From positions 1 through 64,000 of the forward strand of contig ML002225.1 in the NCBI GenBank assembly GCA_003614675.1: DNA of 64,000 nucleotides, written 5' to 3'. Both the position numbers and the translations under genes were made by a program. The notes beneath the pieces were generated by a model. That model saw only the letters and a program-made list of their open reading frames with translations. It did no database searches and was not told the origin of the DNA. Shown here in pieces: positions 11,931-24,640 of this stretch (position 1 is the stretch's first letter; every line of letters begins with the position of its first letter). The DNA is from Dimargaris cristalligena. Taxonomy: Eukaryota.

Positions 11931-14114
11931 TTAGGTTGTCTCCAGTGGCCTGTTAGCAAGGCCTTGGATAAACTCAAATTCGGACTCAGTTACCGGTTGG
12001 ATGGAGAGCCTCCCGCGACTTAATAGGCTCATGGAGCTCAGAGGGCCACTTTTATAGGCTTGTAATTCTTTAAGTGGAACAAACCGGTCCAACTTTTTGA
12101 CCAGCTGAACATCCACCTAGAGATCGAGGCGGTTGTTGGGAATGGGGAAAAGAGGGAGGTGGGGGGGTTATCGATATACAGCAAGTCAATGAACTATACT
12201 TGAGTACAATCCATATAATTGACCATAACGAAATATCCAATAATGGAAGCATACCGAAAGGTAGGAGTAGAAATCGGACGGGGGTGACGGGACTTACCAT
12301 GTACCATTTCGCCGGGTCTTTCGCCTTGACTTTGGCGTCGAAGTAAGGGTGCTCAGGGTCACACGCTGTGTCTAAGGATATAAATATAAATTAATCGAAA
12401 GAAAAAGCGGGTAATACTATGTGAGTATAAGTTTGTCACATATCGGCAAGGCTTGACTAAGTTCCCCCAAAGCGAAACGTAATTAGGCGGAGGATATACA
12501 TGGCACACATCCGCTACTTTTCTCAACTCGAACGATAGACGTTATAACTTACGGTCAGGATAGCCCTCGCGAACAACCTATTGGAACAGTAGAGTGTATA
12601 CAATTTAAGGAGGCCAGAACAATTAAGTATCTGGCTTAATAACTAGTACCCCCAAGACATTCAGCGGTCTGCAAACAAAGGAATCTAGTTCAGCTACATC
12701 AGGGCCTACCTTAACAACCCCGGCTATGCCTGGGATTTTACAACTTGAGTGGTAGAATAAGGCCTATGGGACATGGAAGGACATTGGGTGAGCAATCGAA
12801 CCCAATTTGATGAGTATTCTTCTTCATAATCTTATTATTATATTTGACAAATAATCTTGAATAAAAATGTAATATTCGAGACCGGTGTACAATCAGGTAT
12901 TCCCCCGATTTGGTGTGGTTTTCCATGATGTTTGAGCAGCTTACCAAATCCCCGACTTTCATTTTATCGCGCAGAATATTACGGGCTTCGTAATTCCTCT
13001 TCGATTCGTGCGACACGGAGGCAACAGCGTTGTGCCAGGGTTAGACATACATTGATAACAGAGAGTTTGTAAGGCTTGGTGATGGATTAGGTCAAGGACG
13101 GGATTATCACATTCATATTGAATCTAATAAATTAACCGATTATCATTTTTATGTCATAAAAAAACATACGGAAAATTGCACTTACTACTCCGTCCCACGA
13201 CGATATTTTGTTGGGCATATTGTCTAAATCATCGATACTAAAGTATACGGAATAGTATATATAGGGTTCGGTTTATCCGTTAGAGGTGGGATCCACACAA
13301 AAACCCAACATATATCTTACAAATTTGATTAAATAAAGGGATATAGTCACTAACCCGGGTTATACGGCTCCTTGAGGCCCAGAACCCAGAGAAATTGACC
13401 TACCTGAACTTAACATCGACCCCTTTCACAAAGCGCGATTCGGGCTCCGCTTTCATTAACCAGTAGCTCGGCTAATAGATGTAGTAAATTGGGGGATTGG
13501 GACAAGCAGCGGTATTTTTCGGGCATAAGCTGTTGAGATCGGGTGAAGAATGGATGAAGGGACTGGTAAACTGATCCAACAGGAACGAAATGAAGAGGGA
13601 GAAGAGTGGGCTTACCTGTAGGGGGATGGGTGACGAGGGGAGTTCCGGCAGCGATCCAAAATCAATACTAGTAGGGCTGGTGGCATTTAGATCAATGTGC
13701 TTAATTCGCTGCCGCTTGCTGCTACCGGACGGCTGATCTGAGGCGGCATTCTGATAGGTGGAGTAGGGCAGAGGAAACCAAATGTCCGCACACATTTATA
13801 TCGGGTTAGTGTAGTGGGCTATACGGTGCTACTACAGGGTCTGTCCGTAAACACATATCAAGTCAGCTGAAGCCGGTCGATCTTTACAATATTCGATTGG
13901 ATTTGTCGCCTGGGTGGATACAATGGTAGGTCAGGTCAGCTAAGGATATGCCGTGGTATAAACGCGTTTAACCCCATGCGATACATCATTATAATACTGC
14001 ATACTAAATACGAACCTTTCGGGGAGTGGTGGGTGCTGGGTTGGGGCTGTTGTGGGTTTTGTCATGGGCCGCAGTTACGGATTTCCGCGTAGAGCGTCGC
14101 ACGGCGGGGGGCAT
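11931..14114 (-). CDS. THYN1: EVE-domain protein (thymocyte nuclear protein 1-like), ~248 aa
   Basis: Nine in-frame exons: 14114-14016, 13750-13616, 13471-13404, 13237-13186, 12998-12945, 12763-12710, 12577-12553, 12371-12298, 12116-11931. Hallmark motifs YWLMKAEPE, FSIDDL, WDGVRNYEARN, FYHSSCKNPGIAG, GYPD, WYMVDV, RLSIQPV. Confidence 0.92.
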
Positions 14115-17100
14115 GGCCAACGGTAATGTGTAGGCTATCAAGCTGCGGTGGAAGAGCGAACGTAAAGGAAGACAGTCAAGGGTGGATAACGCGATAGGGC
14201 CCAGGCGCATTCCAATGGAACCGCGGCGGACAGTGAAAATACACGTACGAAACGGTTCAAAAATTCAGGTAGTCGAACCTCGTTTAGTAGCGCTTTGGGG
14301 GCTGGAGGCTAAATAGGGGGAATGCAATTATGGGAGAGCGAACGGTAAAATTGGGAAGAAAACGTGAAGGACCCGGAATCAATGGAACTGCCGATGCATA
14401 AGCCAGTAACCGTCGAGCCGAGGGGTTCCAAGAGGGTCGTCGATGGCTGGTAAAGTGAGGAGGAGGGTGGAGGGGACAACCTCTACAGTAGATAAATGAA
14501 CTGTGCATGGCTTGAGTGTGAGGCTAATGGGCTGAGGGAGGGGGGGAATTGAAGTAGACTGGCTCTTTGAATTATCCATTTCAGGCTCCCCGGTTTCCCC
14601 TAAGCTTCCCTCTCGTCGTTCCGTTTTCGACTGGAAGTTTTATATGTGGGCTCTCTCTTCTACATCCGTATAGCCACCATATCCCTTTGGTCCCCATGGC
14701 TTCCAAAAATGGCGCTGACGAAAAGTCAACCAGAATTCAGAGGGTACAACTGGCTGCCCTAACTACTTCGACGCTGTGTGGCGAATCCATGCCGCCCCTT
14801 TCAATAAAGGTATTCGACGAGACATTTCAAGACGAAGTACAATTAGAGGGGTGGAGTCGTTGACAAGGAGAGCGTAAAGCCGTAAATTTATTTTTGCTGC
14901 CATAATTCCGAATAACGGCTGCCCGCCCGAAAGGCTTGGTGGGCTTTTGAAGGCGATACAATGTTTCATACGAGGAATCCCACGAATACCCTGGACCGTG
15001 AGATGCCCGGGTCACTCTCCCACCTCCTTAACTGCCAATTCCTCCGACTGCGGGGGCTCGCCTTATGATAAACAGTAACGGCACCTATGCATGATATATC
15101 TGTTGGCCTATTATGGGTCACACAGCACAGCACACACCCACTAAATCTATTTGGTTTAAGGGTGGAAATATGGACCCAGACAGCCGTTGTAGGCCCCCAA
15201 CGCAACGCAACCCAAAGTCTCCGAAGAGCACTTGGAGTGACCGAGTAATGTACGGCCGTCTAGATGACAATTCGATTCCGATTGATGAACGGTAGAGTGT
15301 CTTTTGGCATGGCTTTATTGGCGTAACGGTTCTTCATAGGGGTGCAATTGCCACCAGCTGCCGGTAACTCGTACTAGACCAAATGGAGTCTGCCGCAACG
15401 ACTTACCATCACATTATGGACTCAAACCGAACCCCCCGGCACTATATCGGCTAGCCTGGTCTGTTTACCCCCTCGTTGGTCAGGTGTTTGCTACGTTCAC
15501 GAAATGGTGGAAGACAGAACCGAAACTACCCGAACCAGATAAATCGACATAGTCTGACATGAAATGCCAATGGTCTACACCCCCTATTTTTTCCCCTTAT
15601 GTTTCTTCGACATACCTGCCGTTCCCGCTCTTTACAACGAGCCATTTGGGCAGCCGAGCCGGGCCTCCTTTCACTCCATGCAGTGGCTGCAGTAGGGAGG
15701 AGCATAATGTCTTAAATATGTCCTCCTGGACTTAGAAAGATGCATATTTACCATCATTACGACGATTCCCGTCCAAGGAACAAAAACACTCGGCATCAGT
15801 TTACACCCCAGCTGCCTCTATCTATTTCGATAGGCCATATTCTAATCCGAATTAGGCCACGGGAATTGCGTATCTTGACCTCCTTTATTATCACCTATTA
15901 TGAGCAAGTAGATATACCAACAGTGCGTTGTTGGGCCTTCCAGTAAATACCGATTTATTGGCGATTCAATAAGTCCAAATCAACTGATGTTCTGGCTGTG
16001 GTACAACCCAGCCCAAAGTCACTTTGTACATGCGCCATGACAAAAACGTTTTTATCAATTTTAGGGAACAGCCACCTTAGTCAGCCCGGGAGCGGAGGGT
16101 CGGTCCAACGGATTAATAACGCGTATTCCTTGTACATGACGGACCAGGACATTTTAGCGCCAAGGATTACACCAATGATTCATTACGGACCGATATCTCG
16201 GGCTCATATGCACAGTATAATAGCAGTATGACAGATATCTTTTCCCCCCTGTTTATCAAAATGCGACGATCCTCGGGCGGATTTGCAGCAGCACCGATGA
16301 GATTTCAACACCAGCATCATACACTGTTGCCTGCCCTAATTGTTAACAGCTGCGTTGGGGGTAAATTCCTGGTTCTCCCCAGCCGGATGCTCCGACGCCT
16401 CTGGCCTACAAGGTATACTTTACCTTCACCCTTCTAAGCCATCTAGTGGGTAAGATGAAAGACGAGGGGCTGTGAATAATAAAAAGGGGGCGCTTATTGA
16501 TTAGTTAGGGGTCAGTCCACAACAATAGACCGTATGAAACCCCACCCCCCTTTTTTGATATATTTTTTTGGCAGAACCCCAAAATATGTAAATTGCCCGA
16601 ATGGCTTTATAGCCACTCCTCCCCCTATATCAGGGCAATTATCCTATTTATCCGGCCCCACTTTCCCAGACATTCGCTGGGAACGTTTGCTTTGACAAAT
16701 TACCATCACATATGTAATAAATGGTAGAGGGCGATAGTTCGGTCATAGGGGGAGACCCAGGTCCGGAAAACTGGCCTTCGATGGACCCCATTGAATTATT
16801 CAGTGCCCCCCACCCGTGTGTGTATGGTTTCTATAAAAATTTTAATATCCTGCTAATTTCTAGAGCCGATTCTTTTTACTAAGTGGGTTTGGGGGCTGAT
16901 AACCAACTGTACATCTAAGGAGTGAACTGGACAACTGCCAACAAGGACTGGCTCGGATGTCGGTTTGTTTACCCAGCACATCACACCATCCCCCTTTTTA
17001 ATATATATATATATTTTAACCTGGCCTCATTATGTGTGGCTTTTCTTCATCCAAGCGGTCTCGACACTCGCATATTCCCCGCAACACCAGCTTCCGCATT

Positions 17101-20100
17101 ACTATACATCCATGATGACGACGACACAACATTATCACGTCTGCAATGACCACTAGCCCGCCTTACGCATTCTTAAAATGATTGGGGTTTATTTTTTCCA
17201 AGTTTACAACCATCGAACTCCATCAACTCTCCCAATCCATGTTGGTCGACACACGGTTCCGCTGTGGCATTGTAATTGGAAGTTGAATATGCGAAGGTGT
17301 TTTTTTTTTCTTTCGGAAGCCATGGGGTCAAACTTTACGACTCGATGGGAGGCGGGCAGGTCACGGTCAGGCCTAGGGTGTGAATATATATATTATTATA
17401 TTGGTCGAATAAAACGGATTCTTAACAATGGGGGTTTCAGATTCGGGATATATTAGGCAGTGGTTGAAGAGGCTAGGGTATACATGGCCATGAGTCACAA
17501 GGAATAGGAAACGGGCCACTTATTGGAAACAACAATAGACAGCTAATATGTTGCAAAAAGGGAAATGTGGCACAAAGCGTGATCTGGGTGGTGGGGTGGG
17601 GGGGGACGGTGGTGATGTCTCCAGCTTCAGCGCCCTCGCCTGGGACGACAAATTCGCCCGTAGGGGAGCGCCGTTTCCCTGTCGCCCGGTCAGAAGAAAT
17701 CCTGTCTAAATAAAAATGGGATAAGCCCAAAGAGATTATATTTTTATCTTCAATCCAGTCATGAAAAAGTCGGATTGGCTCTTTCGAATAGGTCTCATCC
17801 CGCATTCCCAAGCCCAAAACTATCGTTGCGTGTTTCATCCAGCTCCCCAGCATACGGCAGTCTAGAGGGGGCTGACTACAGACTAAAACCAAAGGACTCT
17901 TGGAATAGTAACCCTAACCCTCCCCAGTATCAGGTGGTATTTCGGCTGTGTAGCTGGCCACTACCTTCCTCCTCCTTTAGCATGTATTTTCCGTTTCTGT
18001 TAAACCAATATACGAGATGGGCATCGTCACTAGGTTGCACTAGTCTGCCTCCTGTCCAATGCCAACTCATGCTGCCCAATACCAGGCGGGGCTTGAAAAT
18101 CCGACCTATACGGTCAATTCCCTCACTGGCGCGTGTGCCCCCTGATGGCATCTTACTAAAAAAAGTTAACCGAAGACCTCATTGACGTTCCAGTGGTTTG
18201 GCTATTCAATCCGAATCCCATATATTGTTGGGATTGCGGGTTTTTTAAATATATATAATAATATTATCTTTTCAGGATAGTCTAAATTCCCGATCTTGAT
18301 TTTGCAAATCCCCCCCTCAGCCATAAAAAAATCTCGGATGATAAACATAGGATTGTCAAAACGTCAAAATTTAGGTGATTGGTATCCCAGCATACGTTGG
18401 AACAGTCACGACAGTAGCGAGAATACGGGAGGCCGTGACTACACCTGACTAGTTGGCAGTGTATTGTATATTATTACTGAACATGTCCGTATTCGACTTG
18501 ACAGCATGTAAAATTTATAACGATTGGCATCAGTTGGTAGTGGACTATGGCCAGATTCCTTAAATAGGTTATTCCGCTTAGTGATACGGTATACTGGTCT
18601 ACCCGGACAGCTGTCAACTCATAGCAAAATACACCGCTCTGATCCGGGACCTCTTGCTGTCAAAGGAGTGTCCCCGTTTGCATACAACTAAGTATATTAA
18701 ATTGTATTGCGACTATCACTAACCTTTGGCTACTGAAGTGAACGGAAAGCCCGGCGACTTCGGGAGAGTGGATAGCCAGATTGGGCCGGTCGTCACTATC
18801 TATCCATCGAGTTGCTCGGATATTCACTACCGGGTCGGTTTAAGGAAAGAATATTGCGCCGCTAAACACGACCAGGTTAACAGCTGTGACCGTAACACAG
18901 CAGCAATAACAAAAGCAAGCTCCGACAATAGTCATAATAGAGGGGAAGTACCGTTTTGTATAGGTGTTAGACGAAATAACGCCTCTCATACATTGATGTA
19001 CCCCGACCACCTAACCATTCCAATTTGACCCGATAATTCCCCCCAACTTCATTATCCAAGAGGAGGATTTTTTTTTCAGCGTCATTGTGGAAAGGTAATA
19101 CAATCTCCTGAAACTAGTGATCCAGTGAATCTAAATATGAGAGAGAGAGAGTGGGTGTGTATGGATAACACCATTATTCCCAACTGACGGTGGTGGGTTT
19201 TCGAACCCCTGCGCCAGACTGGTACGCCCCATCCAAAGTGGGAAATATGCCGCTGTATCCTACTGCTCCGATATTATTTGCACACTGTTACGGACGCACT
19301 ACATCCACTAACCGCCGTCGACACAAAACGCCATTTACTTGACGGTGTCAAATTAAGCACGGGCAACGAACAGTCGAAAAAAAAACAGCGAAGGAGAAAG
19401 ACACTATATACATGACCCAACAGTCAGCCAACTGCTTCGGAGGAGTGGACCGTCTACAGTCGCGCCAAACGAAGCAACCGGATAAGCAAGGATAATTTGG
19501 AACGACAAATGGCCATGTCCTGTACATTATGGAGACAATCCGTGTATGTATAGTCCGAATCAGTGGGTAATATTCGGCCGGAAAAAAGAGTCTGAGGGTG
19601 CATGAAAAGTGTAGTCATCCGGAAGTTTTTAGTTCAAACCTTAATTCGCTTTAGGATCCCTCTCCCACCCCCCTACATCTCTACAATTTCCCCCTTTCAA
19701 CTTTGTTTTACTTCCCAAAAGTAACACTTCTCCCAAAGAAGTATGCATGGCTAACTCCGCTAGCAGGACTTGACCACAGTGGTGGTATGTCCCTTCGCCC
19801 GTATCTTCCCCCTTGAGCATACTTATAGGGGGGTATAGAGTGAAATTTCGGAGCAGAAATGAGTCGATGGGTTAGGGGGAGGGGTAAAAGTTGTAGGTTG
19901 TAGTCATTGGGTCCTCATGTATCTTGGCGTACTGGCCCTACCTGGGCAGTCGGGGAACGCAATAGCCGGCAGGTCCAAGCCAAATAACCCAGGCCAAATC
20001 GCGCGTTCATTTGCACAACTGGGGCTAGACCTGCGCAGCTTTTGCTGTAAGATTATACCCCTCCCCTACCCATTCTGGTACTACCCACCCGACCCGCTTA

Positions 20101-22234
20101 GTAACCATTCGGCAGTGCGACCCACTCTATAATAGTAACTAAAACTAGGACGGGGTATCGTTAATTTCGGCCTTTCCTTTGTGGTTGGCTGACTCTTCCT
20201 GCCCCCTGTTTTCTCTCCTTCCCCCTTATTACCATTCACTTTCATCGCCGACTTAATACACTGGACATATCTATTCAAGGGGAAATGTCCGTCAACGCGG
20301 ACGGTTAATGTCTTAATGCCTGGGCTCATAAATAAATAGGTGATGCAGTCCGTGGGGAGAGGGTGGCTACGTAATATAAGCTGAACTATATACATATGTG
20401 TCTCCATGGGCATAGTGAGACATATACATGTCAAATAAGTATAATATTCAAGTGCGCTCACATAGTCGCCCCGCACCCACGCCTCTCTCCTCCACTTTAG
20501 CCACCACCTCGGAAATGAAAAAGTCCCCGGACATTGCGAAACTTCAGTTAGTTGGAAAGACGGGGAAGGGGGAGCGGAAAGGTGAAGGGATGAGATGGAG
20601 GGGAGGGGGTGATGAAGACGAGAACAAGGAGCGACGGGGGGGGGAGAAACATATGGTCAAAATTATATATATTAGATTAACCTAGGCATTATTGGGCGCT
20701 TACTCCGCAATTCGAGGCAGCCGCAGGCCAGTATTATAAATGGCGAGAAACGGGAACAAAGATAATGCTGAGGAGGAGAGCTGGATTACCAGGGCGGATT
20801 TACCCCCTCACCCTCCTACCCCTCCCTTAGCGATGCGCAGTGGATATAAAGGATCAGAATCAAGTGATCTATTAATCGACCGGCTCGTGTTTATTTACAC
20901 ATCTCTCCCTTGTGGTGCCTTTTAACTTGCTCCATTCCATAGGGAATATTATACACCCTCCTCGTCATCGCCCTCCCCCTCCCTCATTGACATTTGGACT
21001 GTTAATCATAATCAGCATCCACTCGAAACGATAGGTCAACGGAGAAGGGGGGCCCGAGAGAACAGTAGAAGCTCTGGGATATGCACCTCCTCTAGCACCC
21101 CGCCCCTTTCTCCATCAACTATCAGTCTGATTATCGCTCCCCTAATGCATGATTTCAGGAGGCCAAGTGGGAGCCGAAAGGGAGGGGGAGGGGCGGTATA
21201 CACTTATTGAGGGCGGCGGCTATACCGGAACTGATGATAACCTGCTCCACTCCCCCTCCCCCCCTCACCCATGTACTCCCCCCCCCTTAAATGAAGTCAA
21301 TATAACTTAAATTTAAAGCCAAGGAGGCACACAGGTGGGCGAGAGAGTGGGAATGAGGAGGACCTTGTCACATATTTGTCGGGGTATCCGCGATTCATTC
21401 AACACCGACCGCTCCCCCTTCACCGATAACCGCTTACTTGCAAACAGTATCCCTCCTTCATGTTGAACGGAAATGATTTTTTGAAGAAGACAGTTTATTA
21501 CAAGCTAGTGAATTAGTCCATTATAATATGTAGTTAATTAATATTGACACTGAGCGCAGGGAGAGTGCAAATTTGAGAGGGAGGGGGTGATACGAAGTAC
21601 AAGGTATTTAAAGAACGCTGAACAAAAGAGATAGAGAGTGGGAGTGGGAGCCAAGTAGACCCGCACAATACAGAGTCCAAACATTAAAATATAGAGTAAG
21701 ATAAATTAACGAACGAGTAGTAAATGACGCGATGATATATAGAGAGAAATATAATAATAGTAATTGGATGTTACTAAGGGTAGTAAATAGTTATAGGTAG
21801 GTAAGTAGATATATGGATTGTGAGTGAGTGAGTGGGCGTATAAGAGAACCGAACCAAGGGATAGTGACGGAGGAGCGGGCGAATAAAAAAAATACATTTG
21901 TAAGGCCGTCTCGTAATTGTGAAGGTGGAGAGTGATTAATATGGCCATCGGATGGGCAAGAAAATAAAACTGAGCATGAGGACGGAAAACCGCGTGTTCA
22001 AGTCAACCTATAACTCACTAGCCGGGGGCATGTGTGAGGAGGGTACTAAAGAACGAAGAACCACTACCCTAACTAAAGTCTAAGGGAAGGATAGTGGGGT
22101 GGGTGGGCGTGTATGTGTTGTTTGCGAGCGTGCCGGTTTGGGTATACTGTGGCTTACAACTAGCTGAATATATCCATCCCGGTCAGCAGCTAAGAAAGCA
22201 GGGGGGTGGTAATACTATATTGCTTTTGGCCAAA

Positions 22235-23392
22235 CTATAGCACCTTTTGAAGGGAAGGCTGTTGCTGTTGTTGCTGCTGCATCACTGAGGGGTGGTTGCC
22301 GTTCATGACGCCGGGATGGCCACCGACCTGACCGGGCATGGGCATATGAGCGGATTGCTGGGCCTGGGCTTGGGCTTGGGCCTGATTCCGCTCGTGGATC
22401 TTACGGTGCCGGCGCATGTTGCTGAGGACCGAGAAGCGCTTGCCACAGCCGGGGTGGGGGCAGACGTGGGGCTTGGCTCCGGTGTGCTTGTTCATGTGGG
22501 TGTTGAGGGTCGAGGGACGGGCAAAAGCGGACTGGCAAATCTGGCAAATGTAACGCTTGTTCTTGGTGGTGCTCGAGCGGTTGCGCTTGGCCGAGGGGAA
22601 CCGGGTGATGTAAGGGGTCATGGTGGGGTCAGCTCCGAATGGGGAGGCGTCCGAGCGGTGGTAGACACCGGCCCGGTTGAGGGCCATATGGGTGTTGGGG
22701 TCGTCGAAGCGGTTCATTTGACCGTAGCTGTGGTGCATGGCAGCGGCGGCAGCAGCGTGCTGGCTATCTTCCAGACCACCGTAGGCCGACTTGTCACCGT
22801 ATAGACCGGGCATACCCGGGGCGAAGTGGGGAGCGGGGGGCATAGGGTAGGCCGAGGGGTCCATGGGAGGGGGCATCTGGCTGTTGGCTGTGGGCATCAG
22901 GTTCAGAGCGGGCATGAACGAGTTGGGGCCGGCCATGGAGTTCGGGGTGGCCTGACCCACCGAGTAGTAGACGGCCTGACCAGCGGCGGTATCCATGTAG
23001 TAGTTGGGCTGCTGCTGCTGCTGTTGTTGTTGTTGCTGCTGCTGCTGCTGCTGATGGTGGTGGTGGGGGTAAGACTGGGGCTGCGAGTGAGTGGAAGACA
23101 CTTGTTCCATACCAGCGGACATGTGCATATTGGTGCCGTTTTGGTAGGATGGCGACGAGCAGTTGGAAAGACTGGGGCTGCTGGAGGAGAAGGTCAGGCC
23201 GGGGGCGGGGCTCTGGGTGGGCTGGCCGTACAGGGAGGGGTTGAGCGAGGGCTGGCGGTCATATTGTTCGTGGGCGTACATGGGATAGCCGCCCTGAGGA
23301 CCGGGCGTCGAATCGGTAGCGTAATGTTCGTGAAAGTCGTGACTAGGGATGCCAGTGGCATAGTCGGACTTCATGAGAGTGGGAGCTTCCAT
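22235..23392 (-). CDS. C2H2 zinc-finger transcription factor (MtfA/FlbC/Loz1-like finger pair), Q/P-rich, 385 aa
   Basis: Single-exon GC3-rich ORF with two fingers, YICQICQSAFARPSTLNTHMNKH-TGAKP-HVCPHPGCGKRFSVLSNMRRHRKIH. A possible 5'-UTR intron lies at 23491-23731. Confidence 0.93.
   Translation of the reverse strand: MEAPTLMKSDYATGIPSHDFHEHYATDSTPGPQGGYPMYAHEQYDRQPSLNPSLYGQPTQSPAPGLTFSSSSPSLSNCSSPSYQNGTNMHMSAGMEQVSSTHSQPQSYPHHHHQQQQQQQQQQQQQQQPNYYMDTAAGQAVYYSVGQATPNSMAGPNSFMPALNLMPTANSQMPPPMDPSAYPMPPAPHFAPGMPGLYGDKSAYGGLEDSQHAAAAAAMHHSYGQMNRFDDPNTHMALNRAGVYHRSDASPFGADPTMTPYITRFPSAKRNRSSTTKNKRYICQICQSAFARPSTLNTHMNKHTGAKPHVCPHPGCGKRFSVLSNMRRHRKIHERNQAQAQAQAQQSAHMPMPGQVGGHPGVMNGNHPSVMQQQQQQQPSLQKVL
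23009..23053 (-). repeat. CAG/CAA microsatellite encoding Q15
   Basis: 15 consecutive Gln codons in the zinc-finger ORF. Confidence 0.95.
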
Positions 23393-24090
23393 TTTGAGAT
23401 ATGTATTAGTAAAAGTTAAAGAGGGGGCCGGCGCGAAGGTACAATAATAGCAGTGTGCAGGAGGTGCGGTGTGAGGTTGACGATTGATCTCTACAAAAAA
23501 TAGAGGGGGAGAAAGGGTATGTATTTATATGTATGTACGCTGGGGAATATCGAGGTGTGTACAAGAAATTCGGCCCAAAAGATAAATCAGGGGAAGGGAA
23601 TTACACAAAATTGGTCGTAATAACTACAGGGAGGTCCGGGAGAACGGAAGGTTTTAGGACCGGTAAGACTAGGTTAGGGTTACACAACTTAACGTGTGGA
23701 TAGAAAATAGACAGACAGAAACTCAAACTACCAGCGTTAGGGCTTGATGAATATTAAACTAATACTTATAATAATTAAGCCTATAGAATAGCTTATGGAA
23801 CAATAGTTAGGCAGCGGAGCTTGAAATCAACCAGGGCCGGAGGATTATAAGTAGGGAGAGAGAAGCGGGAAAGGGGAGGTGTGGTGAGGAGTTGCGGGGT
23901 AAAAAGGCACTCAACAACAGGCACAGAGGTTAAAGCCGGAATTCTAGCACGAGTAGGACTAAGCAGCACGGCAATGGTGCAAAGGGAAGGAGAGGAGGGT
24001 AGTAGTAGTAGGTGAGAGGGAGAAGGTGAAGCCAGTTCAAACTACAAATGATGGGTGATTAACGGATGGACGAGGGATGCGGCGAGGGCC

Positions 24091-24640
24091 TTTATATATG
24101 GGATGGGCGCGATAGGCCGCTCCACTACCCTTCCTGCTTAGCCCAGCGGATTCATACTCAGAGCCATTGCCATGGCGGGAGGTGCTAAGGCCAATGGGAC
24201 AGAGGGCATGGCCGTGGCCAGTGGAGTGAAGGCAGTGATCCTTTCCCCAGAAGAGAGAAGAGGGGAGGAGAGAGGGAGGAAAATCCAATGTCTCGGTCGG
24301 GCTATGTGCTAGTAAAATAATATGGGTGTATTACTATGTGAAATAGGAACGATGATACCTTGGTATTGTATTATTCGGGAATACTAAGGCCTTTTCCAAT
24401 CCAATATACAGGCCGCCCATTGTAACTCCCCTCTTCTAACCCCCCCCCTCTTTTATTCCCCCTCCCTTCCGGCCCTATCGAGTTGCCATAGAAGAAGCAC
24501 TCACTGTATCGCTTGGCCGTCCTATTTTTTTCGTTTGAATGGTTGTTGCTATACGTCTCGCCATACAGTCCACCTGTCCCGTTTAGTTTTAACCCCCCCC
24601 AGTGGCCCATTGGTTATGGCCTCCCCCCAGTCCCCATTGG
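24091..24640 (-). promoter_or_regulatory. Probable core promoter of the zinc-finger gene
   Basis: TATATAAA on the minus strand at 24091-24098, followed by a pyrimidine-rich leader. Several CCAAT/ATTGG boxes lie between ~24190 and 24640. Confidence 0.5.

Noticed and set aside
22292-23419. Long plus-strand ORFs (170 and 197 aa) over the zinc-finger gene
   Set aside because: Antisense shadows of a GC3-rich CDS; the poly-Leu is the complement of poly-Gln.
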